A stretch of 64,000 nt of DNA from Candidatus Bathyarchaeota archaeon (GCA_963733055.1 CAVTBR010000002.1:471071-535070); one strand, 5' to 3'. Shown: positions 48,206 through 57,687, numbered from the stretch's first letter. Notes: generated by a model from the sequence alone, not told the origin. Translations and numbers: made by a program.

Positions 48206-49606
48206 TCACCGTGTAGTTGGAGGTGGGGGTTTCCTTCTCGAAATAGCTATTGCTATTCCGCCCAGTACTACTGCTATGGCTATCACCGCATACCCGAGGT
48301 ACATCGCGTTACTCGTCTGATTCTGAAGGCCGGCGAGTGAGTTCTGAAGAGCGCTTTGGGAAGCTTGCACAGTACTCATCTGGTCGCTCAATGTACTTAC
48401 TGCGGTCTGGTTCTCGACTGCACCCAGCAACTGGACCTTCACGGATGAGCTTGCGGTGTTTCCCATGATCGTGGTCTGTGAAGCGTTGAACACTCCGATC
48501 CCGTAGACCTCATTCTGGATAGTATTTCCAATTACGAGAGTACCCGTCACTGGATCGTTGGTGGGTGATAGCACGGCTATTGCTGTCGGAGCCGGCTGGG
48601 GAAAGTCGTAGTCCGGTCCGTTGCCGCTCAAGACGTTTCCTATGACACCGTTACCCGCCACCGTTGTATTCGGTGAGCTGCCATCGATGTCGACGCCTTC
48701 GGTTGCGCTGTTTACGATCGTGTTATCCTTCACGGTGTTATTGACTGCGGAAGTCCCTGGTATGGGCGTCGCCACGACAATTCCTTCGGCGTTGCCTGAG
48801 ACAAGGTTGTTAAGGACCACATTGTCCAGCACTCCCTGACCCGGATCATAGGCAGAAACCACAATTCCACAGCCCCCGACGTTGTTAATGACCGTGTTGT
48901 CGGCGACCAAGTTGTTGGTGGATGGGTTGTTTGTGCCTGGCGTAGCAGGATGGAACACGTTCTCGACTACTCCAGGATCGAGTGGTCCGTCATCGCTAAT
49001 TCCGATTCCACCATCACCGACGCTTCCGACAACAGTGTTGCCTACAACGGTTGACTGTGAAGATCCGACGAGTTCTATTGCCTTGTCCTCAAGGATACAC
49101 GGCGGAGTAGTGGCGAGGATGTTGATAGGGCAAACCTGACTCGCGTTGAGAACGTTGTTGAGCACGTAGTCAAACTGAACCGTCACGTGCGAGGCGTCCT
49201 GGACATATACCCCTTCGCCGTTGGCGTTTTCAACTGTGAGACCTTCGATCGTCGTTCCATTCGCATTTGCACCTGTGATCGCGATGCCATTGAGCGCACC
49301 GGCAGCATCTATGATTGTATTTGACGGTTGTGAGCTCTCTGATTCCAGAGTCAGCGGTTTGGTAATGGTCACAGATTCGGTATACGTCCCAGGAGCGATC
49401 ATGACGATTGCGCCAACTGGTGCCACGCTTACTGCGTGAGTAATGTTCGCGTAGGGATTTGTTGACGAACCGTTACCTTTGGCGTCGCTACCGGTGGGAC
49501 TTACGTAAACGATCGTCGGCTGCTGACCGTGAACCGCGATAACGGGAAGGGTTGATAGGAAACAGATAAGAAGAATTGTCAATTCAAACTTCTTGAAGAT
49601 CGACAT
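48206..49606 (-). CDS. Membrane-anchored right-handed parallel beta-helix protein (pectin lyase-like/NosD repeats)
   Basis: YVSPTGSD..GSSTNPY, PGTYTE, repeated NTVxNN/GIxV units, C-terminal TM. Confidence 0.85.
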   Translation of the reverse strand: MSIFKKFELTILLICFLSTLPVIAVHGQQPTIVYVSPTGSDAKGNGSSTNPYANITHAVSVAPVGAIVMIAPGTYTESVTITKPLTLESESSQPSNTIIDAAGALNGIAITGANANGTTIEGLTVENANGEGVYVQDASHVTVQFDYVLNNVLNASQVCPINILATTPPCILEDKAIELVGSSQSTVVGNTVVGSVGDGGIGISDDGPLDPGVVENVFHPATPGTNNPSTNNLVADNTVINNVGGCGIVVSAYDPGQGVLDNVVLNNLVSGNAEGIVVATPIPGTSAVNNTVKDNTIVNSATEGVDIDGSSPNTTVAGNGVIGNVLSGNGPDYDFPQPAPTAIAVLSPTNDPVTGTLVIGNTIQNEVYGIGVFNASQTTIMGNTASSSVKVQLLGAVENQTAVSTLSDQMSTVQASQSALQNSLAGLQNQTSNAMYLGYAVIAIAVVLGGIAIAISRRKPPPPTTR

Positions 49607-49736
49607 CTTTCCACCGGTACGTTCTTGCCGCACTCGTCTAAGCCTCTCTCTCGATTGGTCGGTAGCGTCCCCTAAAATAACTTACTTGCTTACACTGAGA
49701 GATACTTCGCTTTCTTGTTGCGACCTTGCATACCCA

Positions 49737-49812
49737 GCCGTCCGTTTTAATGTGTGTGTGTGCGCACCAAGTGATACCACACACACTTTTTGACGACGAT
49801 GGACGACGGTTC
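49737..49812 (+). repeat. Family-1 palindromic element, copy 2 (near full length)
   Basis: AGCCGTCCGTTTTAATGTGTGTGTGTGCGCACCAAGTGATACCACACACACTTTTTGACGACGATGGACGACGGTTC. Confidence 0.85.
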
Positions 49813-49857
49813 AAATTTCAGTTGCCCGCATACCTAGCACCATACACAATGATCTGC

Positions 49858-50991
49858 CTACAATCCAAACCAGCGTCTACGGCGGCTGGATCCGAAAGCC
49901 TGTTTATCATTGGCAAGGGCGGCGGAAGGTGCCTCGAAACTCCCAGTGGGAGCAGGTCCTGAAAGGAAGTCCACGTCCACGCGCGCGACTTTACCCTCTC
50001 CAAACTCGACGTAGCAGGAACCTGCCCCGGAGTAAGGCGGGGGTTGTTTGTCGCCCTTTACATTTGCAATCAGAGCGGCTGCTACCACGCGCGCCGCTCC
50101 CTCGGAGAATACGCCCGCCTTTGGCGTTTCAACGCTCGTCACGTCACCTATTGCATACACGCCTGGAAAACGGGTTTTGAGTGTCTTGGGATCCACCGGA
50201 ATCCAGCCGTCCTCGGTCATGCCGCTTTCCACAACCACATCTGGGACGCGGTGTTTGGGGATGCCAAGGAACAAGTCGTAGGGCATCTCGCTGGCATCGT
50301 CGAGTATGACAACCTTGCGCCCCGGGTCCAGAGCGCGCACAAACCGGTTGGGGATGAAGGTGATGCCCCGCTCGGCGAAAGCGCTGAGTAACGCCCGGGA
50401 AGATGCGGGCGAGGGAGGAATTGGAGCACCGAACGGCATAACAAGACTGATCTCGCAGGCGCCGCGCACTCCTTGCGCGCTAAGGAACTCGTGCAGCAAT
50501 AACGCCGCTTCGCTTGGCGCGGGCGGGCACTTGAAGGGCAGTGAGGTTACCCCAACGATGGCGCGACCTTTGGTGAAGGTGGGGAGGACTTCCCGCAGGC
50601 GTTCAGCCCCGGCCATTGAGTAGAATTCGTTGCCGCCTTCCCTCAGCCCCGGTGTGGCCCCCAGATCATAATCGGCACCCAGCGCCACCACGAGCACATC
50701 GGCTTCGTGAGTCCCGCGGTCGGTCGTAACGACTCGCCTCTTGGGGTCTATAGCGGTGATCGTTTCCCGGCAGAAACGCACGCCTGGCCTGTCGATCGCA
50801 CTGTAAGCGAAACGCACGGCGTCTGATGTCTTCCGTCCGAACATCACGTCAAGCTTTGAAAAGCCGAAGTAAAAGGAATCGTTCTTGTCGATCAGTGTAA
50901 GATCGAGGCGGTCGGGAAGCGCGTCTGACAACATCGCGCTCACTTCCAATCCGCCGAAACCCGCACCCAGGACAACCACGTGTAGTTTCAT
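49858..50991 (-). CDS. Sulfide:quinone oxidoreductase / flavocytochrome c-like FAD oxidoreductase
   Basis: VLGAGFGG, VALGA, FKCPPAPSE, VYAIGD, PKAG and CYVEFG motifs. Confidence 0.88.
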   Translation of the reverse strand: MKLHVVVLGAGFGGLEVSAMLSDALPDRLDLTLIDKNDSFYFGFSKLDVMFGRKTSDAVRFAYSAIDRPGVRFCRETITAIDPKRRVVTTDRGTHEADVLVVALGADYDLGATPGLREGGNEFYSMAGAERLREVLPTFTKGRAIVGVTSLPFKCPPAPSEAALLLHEFLSAQGVRGACEISLVMPFGAPIPPSPASSRALLSAFAERGITFIPNRFVRALDPGRKVVILDDASEMPYDLFLGIPKHRVPDVVVESGMTEDGWIPVDPKTLKTRFPGVYAIGDVTSVETPKAGVFSEGAARVVAAALIANVKGDKQPPPYSGAGSCYVEFGEGKVARVDVDFLSGPAPTGSFEAPSAALANDKQAFGSSRRRRWFGL

Positions 50992-51054
50992 GTTTCTCGG
51001 ATTTGCGAGGTAGGTAGTTATCACTTGCCATTCCGTAGGGTATGGTTGGCATTT

Positions 51055-51110
51055 GTGTGTGTGCGCTCACCAGTGATACCACACACAGACCAAACGATGA
51101 CGGACGACTG
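51055..51110 (+). repeat. Family-1 element, copy 3
   Basis: GTGTGTGTGCGCTCACCAGTGATACCACACACAGACCAAACGATGACGGACGACTG. Confidence 0.8.
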
Positions 51111-51226
51111 GGGAGAAGTCGTTACTTTAACAGCGGTAAGTTGTGGATAAGGGCCGGTTTCCGAAAGCGTCGGAAGTTGCTTATTCGAGTGTGAGTGCTA
51201 TGTTGTGTCTGAGAGATGATTGATGT

Positions 51227-51343
51227 ATGGCAAAGCAGAGTAGGGCATCTAAGAAAGCGTGGACGGCTGCTAGAGATAAGAGGGAGTCGAAAGCACGCGA
51301 GAAGAAGAAAGATCGAAAAGCCGCCCTTTCCACGTATCACTAG
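51227..51343 (+). CDS. Basic microprotein (38 aa, missing from the ORF track)
   Basis: MAKQSRASKKAWTAARDKRESKAREKKKDRKAALSTYH; lies alone between repeat copies 3 and 4. Confidence 0.55.
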   Translation: MAKQSRASKKAWTAARDKRESKAREKKKDRKAALSTYH

Positions 51344-51401
51344 GAACGCTTCACGTCACGATATATTGTCACGAAGGGGCTAAGATGGACGCAGAAGAAG
51401 C

Positions 51402-51451
51402 TGTATCTGTGCGCACCAGCGTACCCTCACACACTAATTGACCGACGACCG
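51402..51451 (+). repeat. Family-1 element, copy 4
   Basis: TGTATCTGTGCGCACCAGCGTACCCTCACACACTAATTGACCGACGACCG. Confidence 0.75.
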
Positions 51452-51487
51452 AAATCCACAACTGGCAGTTCACCCAACACAATTTTT

Positions 51488-52197
51488 GTGAACGCTGTGC
51501 CACGGATTCCGTTAATCGAGGACCTACTCAGCGGACCGGTCCCTTCTGGAACAAGTTTCTTGGTTGAATTTGACCCTTCTTCACAATGGTACAATGCATG
51601 CACGTCTATAGCCGCAGGTTGGCTCAACACCGGGGGAAGAGTGACCTATATTCTATCATCAAGAGCCCCCGACGATATACGCGCACAACTCACCAAACTC
51701 AGCATTGACGTGCCACGGTCTGAGGCAAGTGACAAACTTCGAATATGGGACGCATACTCGAGGATCCTCGGCCTCCAGTCACGCAAAAGTACAAAGTTGA
51801 ATCGATGAACGTCGCGGACTTACGCATCTGGGCTGCGAAGGAGTTCATGCATCAACCCGCCGCTCCCGACCTCATGTTCATCACGGAGAACTCTTCCGTC
51901 GCGGCGAGGTACAACGACGAGAAGAGCTGGGTTGAGTACACACTAACCAGAGTACTTCCCGCAGCCTCGATGACCAAGGCCATGAACATTCGAGGCGTAT
52001 CGCTCGGCGTTCACAGCGATTCAGCCTACAAACAACTCGAAGCGGCTGCTCAGGGGGTCATCGACCTTAAGGTCGAAGAAGTTGAAGGCGAGGCTAAGAA
52101 TCGTATTCGCATCCGAAAAATGCTCAATGCCCCGTTTGACGCGCACTGGCATCAGTTAAAAGTTAGCGAGAATTTCGAAGTCACGCTTGAGAAGTAA
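51488..52197 (+). pseudogene. KaiC/RAD55-like paralog, frameshifted near 51785 (pseudogene or sequencing error)
   Basis: The two ORFs join into a collinear homolog of 53995-54708 (LVEFDPSSQWYNA ... ARYNDEKSWVE ... NFEVTLEK). One base is missing at CGC-AA-AAG. Confidence 0.8.
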
Positions 52198-52210
52198 CTA
52201 TTCACTGGTC

Positions 52211-52260
52211 CGCCGTCGTTTTCGTGTGTGCGCGCACCAGCCTACCCACACACACTTTTG
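52211..52260 (+). repeat. Family-1 element, copy 5
   Basis: CGCCGTCGTTTTCGTGTGTGCGCGCACCAGCCTACCCACACACACTTTTG. Confidence 0.85.
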
Positions 52261-52386
52261 CTCCGTTTGAACGAAGCAGGTTATTTGACTTGGACCGAAA
52301 GGCGAACTTGAGAATTGTCTAGGTGTATCGCACAAGAACCTTAAACCCTACGATCACAGAATGGCGTTGGTTCAGGGAGTCGCGAC

Positions 52387-53223
52387 TTGAGGCATGCCAT
52401 GATCGGGGTGCTGTTGACGATCGCCCTTTTCTTGTTTTTGATTAATGCTCGGCCTGCATATGCCTTTGCGACCCTAGTTCAACAAAGCAACTTCGGTTGT
52501 GCTTGCAATGGTTCTGGTATTGCGCATGTTTTTCTCTTTCTCTCCGGCACTGTGACGGCCGGGGACGTGTTGGTTGTCGGGTTGGCATTCTCTCATCTAG
52601 GGGGTACTTTCCTCATTGCGTGTGGGTCTCCTATAATGACGGTTGTCTGTGTGGCGGATGCCCATGGCTCACAGTTCACGCAAGCCGCAGCGACGGGTGC
52701 GACGGGTAGTTCAGCTGTGCTCGTTTACACGGCTACCATTCCGCCGTGCGGAAGTTGCATTCCCTCAGATGAGTTTAGTGTAACATTCTTGCGCGGCACG
52801 TTTATGGATGTGTACGCGTATGAAGTGTCTGGCGTAAGCACCGTCGGCCTCGCGACCGGCACGGGTTCAGGGTTGGGAACGATGGTTTCCACATCACCGG
52901 TCAGCTTCACAGCGGGTGCCTTTCTTCTCGGATTCAATATCCATGATTCCGGTGCGTCGGTTACCGCTGGGTCGGGGTTTACACTCAACAATGACGTCAT
53001 CGGGATCTCAACCGCCGAGTATGCTGACCCGGTCTCTTCGCCAACAACCTTCCCAGCCATCTTAAGCGGCAACGTGAACTGGGCTGAGGCAGGAATAGCC
53101 TTGAATCCGACACTTGTTCCCCCAATATCTGAATATCCTTTGGGGCTACCCTTACTCGCTCTCCTAGCTACAGTCGCCTACGGTGTAGTCAGACGCAGAA
53201 CTAGAAACCCCGCAAGTGCATAA
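52387..53223 (+). CDS. Secreted surface protein with ISEYP sorting signal (paralog of 14358-15149)
   Basis: TLVQQ, AYEVSGV, AGSGFTL and SPTTFPA segments; PPISEYPLG-TM-RRRTR. Confidence 0.85.
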   Translation: MRHAMIGVLLTIALFLFLINARPAYAFATLVQQSNFGCACNGSGIAHVFLFLSGTVTAGDVLVVGLAFSHLGGTFLIACGSPIMTVVCVADAHGSQFTQAAATGATGSSAVLVYTATIPPCGSCIPSDEFSVTFLRGTFMDVYAYEVSGVSTVGLATGTGSGLGTMVSTSPVSFTAGAFLLGFNIHDSGASVTAGSGFTLNNDVIGISTAEYADPVSSPTTFPAILSGNVNWAEAGIALNPTLVPPISEYPLGLPLLALLATVAYGVVRRRTRNPASA

Positions 53224-53241
53224 CGACCAGATTTGCGTTCC

Positions 53242-53292
53242 AACCGTCGTCGTTCCTTTTGCGTGTGTGCGCACCACCAGACCCACACACAC
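53242..53292 (+). repeat. Family-1 element, copy 6
   Basis: AACCGTCGTCGTTCCTTTTGCGTGTGTGCGCACCACCAGACCCACACACAC. Confidence 0.85.
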
Positions 53293-53387
53293 CAAACGAA
53301 CACCCCGCTAAACCCGGGGGGAGGGACCTGTCGAGGGACCCTCCTTCGACGGACCTCCTGATTTTAGGTTACTTCGCTCTTATACTA

Positions 53388-53894
53388 TCATCCCTTGTAC
53401 GCCTTTCTCAGCGCCGCGATGTCGATCTTTTTCATTTTGAGCATTGCGTCCATAACTCTTCCCGCTTTCTTGGCGTCCTTGTCGCCCAATAATTCGCCTA
53501 AGATGGTGGGATTGATCTGCCACGACAATCCGTATTTATCTTTCAACCAGCCGCACGGCCCTTCCTCTCCACCTTCAGAGAGCCTCTTCCAGAAACGGTC
53601 GACTTCCTCTTGGGTCTTACAGTCCACGGAGAACGATACGGCCTCGGTGAATTTGAACTGCGGCCCACCATTGAGTGCGATGAACCTTTGTCCCTCCAAC
53701 TGGAACTCCACAATCATAACTGACCCAGGCTCTCGCCCATGAACTTCATTTCCCGCCTCGGTGTAGCGGGAAACATTCAGAATTTTTGAATTCTTGAAAA
53801 TGGAAACGTAAAATTTCGCTGCTTCTTCGGCCTGGCCATCGAACCACAGAAATGGAGTTATTTTTTGTATCAAGTTCATTACTTCTGCAGACAC
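53388..53894 (-). CDS. VOC/PhnB-like protein (3-demethylubiquinone-9 3-methyltransferase family)
   Basis: [15 protein letters not shown] and [14 protein letters not shown] motifs. Confidence 0.93.
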   Translation of the reverse strand: MSAEVMNLIQKITPFLWFDGQAEEAAKFYVSIFKNSKILNVSRYTEAGNEVHGREPGSVMIVEFQLEGQRFIALNGGPQFKFTEAVSFSVDCKTQEEVDRFWKRLSEGGEEGPCGWLKDKYGLSWQINPTILGELLGDKDAKKAGRVMDAMLKMKKIDIAALRKAYKG

Positions 53895-53931
53895 GCAGGA
53901 TCCTAACTCTTAGGAGGAAATATTCAACTTT

Positions 53932-53990
53932 GTCGTCGTCCGTCCGTCGTCGATAAAAGTGTGTGTGGGTCTAGTGGTACGCACACAAAC
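53932..53990 (-). repeat. Family-1 element, copy 7
   Basis: Reverse complement GTTTGTGTGCGTACCACTAGACCCACACACACTTTTATCGACGACGGACGGACGACGAC, 4 nt from the stop of 53995-54708. Confidence 0.85.
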
Positions 53991-53994
53991 AAAA

Positions 53995-54708
53995 CTACTT
54001 TTCCAGCGTGACTTCGAACTTAGGACCTATCTTGAGTTTGTGCCAGCGTCCATCGAAGCCTACGTTCCGCATGCTTCTTAATCGAATTAGATTCTGGGGT
54101 GGGTCGGCGCTCTCATCGAGTCTGAAATCGATTATGCCATCGGCCGCTGTCTCCAACTGTTTGTACGCCCATTCACTATGAACGCCTTTCGCAATTCCAC
54201 GGATCCCGATCAGTTTCTGCAAAGACCCGGCTGGAAGTCCTCGCGTAAGTAGAAACTCGACCCACGCCTTCTCGTCATTGAATCTTGCAATCGTCGAAGC
54301 GTTATCGGCTATCCGCAGAAGATCGGGCGTCACTGGTCCACGCATTTGGTCTCTTGCGAAAGAGATGCTTAGATCTGCAACTTTCAGCGAATCGCCCGCA
54401 TACTTCTCTTTAGACTTCTGCCCAAGCGTGGCAGTGAACACATCGTAAACTCTGAGCATATCCTCCTTCTCAAGATTATCCGTGTTGGCCCCAAGGCGCT
54501 TAAATTGTAGCCGAACATTCTCGGGAGATTGAGCGTTCACAAAATACCAGACTCTTCCGCCGCTTCTCAACCATCCTTCCGCTATGCCGAGGGAAGCGTT
54601 GTACCATTGTGAAGCTGGATCAAATTCGACCAGAATGTTTGACCCAGGCGAGATTTGATTGACGGTCAGATCGTCAATCAAAGGAATCATTGGCACAATA
54701 GGACACAA
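53995..54708 (-). CDS. KaiC/RAD55-like protein lacking a Walker A motif
   Basis: GSNILVEFDPASQWY, AADGIIDF and IRLRSMRN motifs. Confidence 0.78.
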   Translation of the reverse strand: MCPIVPMIPLIDDLTVNQISPGSNILVEFDPASQWYNASLGIAEGWLRSGGRVWYFVNAQSPENVRLQFKRLGANTDNLEKEDMLRVYDVFTATLGQKSKEKYAGDSLKVADLSISFARDQMRGPVTPDLLRIADNASTIARFNDEKAWVEFLLTRGLPAGSLQKLIGIRGIAKGVHSEWAYKQLETAADGIIDFRLDESADPPQNLIRLRSMRNVGFDGRWHKLKIGPKFEVTLEK

Positions 54709-54744
54709 ATTCTATTGACCCTGTTATCAGGGTTTAGGTTTTTC

Positions 54745-54774
54745 GTGTGTGTGTGGGTCTAATGGTGCGAGCAC
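54745..54774 (-). repeat. Family-1 element, copy 8
   Basis: Reverse complement GTGCTCGCACCATTAGACCCACACACACAC. Confidence 0.8.
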
Positions 54775-54782
54775 CCAAATCT

Positions 54783-54841
54783 GAACCGGCCGTCGTTCGT
54801 AAGGCGTGTGCGTGTGCACCAGCTATGTCACACACACGAAA
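54783..54841 (+). repeat. Family-1 element, copy 9 (inverted relative to copy 8)
   Basis: GAACCGGCCGTCGTTCGTAAGGCGTGTGCGTGTGCACCAGCTATGTCACACACACGAAA. Confidence 0.8.
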
Positions 54842-54968
54842 ATGTTGTTCAAATTCTTGACTTCGAACCTCCGAGAAGACGTTCGATAGATAACGTAACG
54901 TCTACGGCTGCTACCGTTGTTTGCAGGCGATGTAACAAATCGTCTGCCGTTATGTGTCGTTTGGTGGT

Positions 54969-55865
54969 CTAGTTTGACAGCGCTCGACTCAGCGTTCTGC
55001 GTCTAATCAGACCGTAAGCGAGTACTATGAGGATTGCGAGGATTGGTAATCCAAGCGGGTACTCTGGGATTGGTGGAGCAGTCGTAGTTGTTGTGGTTGC
55101 GGCTGGTGTCAGTGGAACCCCAATCAAGGACCAATAGGGATCAGTGAAGGGAGGGTTAGGAGTAGGAAAATCCCAGGTCATGGTTACGGGGGGGTCGGGT
55201 TGATCGCTCTCAGCCCCAACAATATTGATGCCGAAACCACCACTAGTATATGTCGAGCTGTAACGTTGCGTCTGTTCAGCATTCGCTGTATTATAACCTA
55301 CGTAGGATACCATGCATAATATGTCGACTACGAGGTCTCCGGAGCTGCTGGCCACAGACACGGAACCAGGACTACTCCTCGTGCACCCCTCATCGTTTGA
55401 GGCGACGGTTCCTGTACTTGCGACGTTGAAGTATGATACCGACCCCCCAACCAATAAGTCCGGACCAGCGTTGAACGTGATTGTGACGGTTGCGGTTCCA
55501 GTTGGTGGGTTGAGGAGAGACCACAACTGAACAACGGCTCCGCCACCGAAGCCGACCTGTTCACAGTCCGGGTGACTGCCTAGAAGTGAGAGTGACGTGG
55601 TGCCGAACTTGACGCTATCGCTAGTACTACCTAGACTTGGAACATAGGAGACTCCGACTATGAGGATCCCGTTACCGCCCGAACCAACAGTATGCGACCA
55701 AGACAGCGAGCCACACTGAGCGGGGAGAAGCCCGTTACAGTTGTTGCTGGCGAATGAATCGAAAACTATCGACGTACTCGCGTGAACAGGCAGAGGTTCC
55801 AAGAGCAACAGAAACATGAAAAGGATTACTAGTAAGCAAGCCAAGCCCTGCCGTTTCAGTCTCAC
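54969..55865 (-). CDS. Secreted surface protein with IPEYP sorting signal
   Basis: Signal peptide ending LEPLPVHA; C-terminus TTTTTTAPPIPEYPLG-TM-RRR. Confidence 0.85.
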   Translation of the reverse strand: MRLKRQGLACLLVILFMFLLLLEPLPVHASTSIVFDSFASNNCNGLLPAQCGSLSWSHTVGSGGNGILIVGVSYVPSLGSTSDSVKFGTTSLSLLGSHPDCEQVGFGGGAVVQLWSLLNPPTGTATVTITFNAGPDLLVGGSVSYFNVASTGTVASNDEGCTRSSPGSVSVASSSGDLVVDILCMVSYVGYNTANAEQTQRYSSTYTSGGFGINIVGAESDQPDPPVTMTWDFPTPNPPFTDPYWSLIGVPLTPAATTTTTTAPPIPEYPLGLPILAILIVLAYGLIRRRTLSRALSN

Positions 55866-56158
55866 GAAATCGGCACCCTAAGCTAGCGTTAGCTTCCCGA
55901 GTCTAATAGGACTTATTTCCGGTCATAATCCGGGACACGAGCAGGAACGTCAGTGTTCCCCTTGCGAGGTGAACCTGACTGGATTGGACTTCTAACCGGG
56001 TTAGGAATCCTCGTGGTTTTGCGACTAGTTCCGCATTTGACTTGAGCGCTGCAATACCAGACGGTTTGTTACAACCAACGAAAGGACCTCAGCAGACGAG
56101 GACGTTACGTTACCTTCGATGGATAACTCTTTTACAGCTTCACAGCTTTCGACACTTG

Positions 56159-56464
56159 ATGAGATTGAACGAATCATCGGCTCGAGAGAAAGCTCTGCAA
56201 GCCTTCATTAAATATCATGAGAGGCAAGAGTTTGATAGTGTCCGCATTTTGAGTGCGGATAAAGGAAAATCGTCGGATCACGCGCATACCGGAAACAAGT
56301 TCGACGAGTTCTCTCCTAACGATTTCATAAGTGATCCAACGCCGGAGGGATGGATGTGTACTCTTTCCCATCGACATGAGCCAAGTGTGACTCCTGATGG
56401 GTCGAGGAAATATCGGCTTGAGTTAAAGGACGACTCAAGCATCATAAGAGAAAGCTGCAACTAA
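56159..56464 (+). CDS. Hypothetical protein
   Basis: ATG 56159 chosen because the upstream part of the tracked ORF covers a family-2 motif; no recognisable domain. Confidence 0.5.
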   Translation: MRLNESSAREKALQAFIKYHERQEFDSVRILSADKGKSSDHAHTGNKFDEFSPNDFISDPTPEGWMCTLSHRHEPSVTPDGSRKYRLELKDDSSIIRESCN

Positions 56465-56477
56465 CAACTAACGAATG

Positions 56478-56520
56478 GAACAGTCGTAGTGTGTGTACCA
56501 GGGTACCGACACACAAGAAA
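56478..56520 (+). repeat. Family-1 element, copy 10 (degenerate)
   Basis: GAACAGTCGTAGTGTGTGTACCAGGGTACCGACACACAAGAAA, just after the stop at 56464. Confidence 0.65.
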
Positions 56521-56598
56521 ATCAGTTCCGCCCGCACCATTGGCCCCTTCGCCAAACAACCTTTTTTGTATGCGACAGGGACGTTCTGCCGGGTATGC

Positions 56599-57687
56599 AT
56601 GCACCAAGTCTTTAGTGACATATGGAAGGCATACCCCAAGAACATGCTTGCAAACCGCACTTGGCACTGGTGGTGGTTGATCCACTTCTTTGAAAACCCA
56701 GACCGGCCCGAATTCCCCAAGCAACTCATGGTGCTTTGGGTCACCAGGAATTGCGGAAAGCTTCGCGTTAACGATTCATACGACTGGCAACCAAAATCGC
56801 TGATGGAAACGAACGAAAATCATTCCGCTTTCGACTCAATAGTTGCTTCCTGGTACTATGACGGAAACAAAATGCATGAACCCTTCATTCTCGATCACGG
56901 AAAGACTGAAACCTCATGGGAAGACAACTTTGGACGTATCAGTATGGAAAGCGAAAAAGGCGTCTATTCCTTCAGCGGAAGCCCTGCAGATCTCCAACTG
57001 AACATGCGTAGCGAGATGGTTGGAATCGAACTATCGATGCACCCGTGGAAAGATGCGATGGCGGAGCTGTTGCCGACAGGAAAGAAGCTCATCGGAAACA
57101 TGGGGTATTCCATGCTAAAATACAGAGCGCTCTTGTCATCTGGAAAAATCCGAATAGGAACCACTGAGACTCCAGTAGGGGGAAGGTGTTATTTCCAGAA
57201 AGTGCGAATGTCGATAACCCCCTGCTGGTACTGGGCCACAGTACAATGGGACAACGGCGCTTACCTGCAATACTTCCTACCGCACGTCGGAATGCCAATG
57301 CTCAGACGCTCGGCATCACACGAGAGCCTAATGGACTGGGGTGAAACAATGTTTTCAAAAACCCTCAGGTTCTATGACCCTGAAGCGGAGAAGGAATATT
57401 CCATGAAGAAAATTAGAATAAGCAAACGATACGAGAATGGCCTACCGGTATTCAAGGTGAAAGCACGCTCCGATGAAGGCGACCTCAGCATAGAGCTCGC
57501 AACCTACTCAAGATGTTGCTGGAACATTTCACAACCACTAATAGGACCAATCTGGCACGGAATATTCTACAACGAATATCCAGCAAGAGTCACGAATTTC
57601 AAATTCAAAAGCGATACCCGCATAATAAACACCGACGACTTTGGCAGGAGCTATTGCAACTGCGAGCACACATGGGGAACAATCTGA
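56599..57687 (+). CDS. Hypothetical aromatic-rich beta-barrel protein (AttH/tocopherol cyclase-like)
   Basis: TWHWWWLIHFF, GRCYFQKV, PCWYW and CNCEHTWG segments; start placed after repeat copy 10. Confidence 0.65.
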   Translation: MHQVFSDIWKAYPKNMLANRTWHWWWLIHFFENPDRPEFPKQLMVLWVTRNCGKLRVNDSYDWQPKSLMETNENHSAFDSIVASWYYDGNKMHEPFILDHGKTETSWEDNFGRISMESEKGVYSFSGSPADLQLNMRSEMVGIELSMHPWKDAMAELLPTGKKLIGNMGYSMLKYRALLSSGKIRIGTTETPVGGRCYFQKVRMSITPCWYWATVQWDNGAYLQYFLPHVGMPMLRRSASHESLMDWGETMFSKTLRFYDPEAEKEYSMKKIRISKRYENGLPVFKVKARSDEGDLSIELATYSRCCWNISQPLIGPIWHGIFYNEYPARVTNFKFKSDTRIINTDDFGRSYCNCEHTWGTI

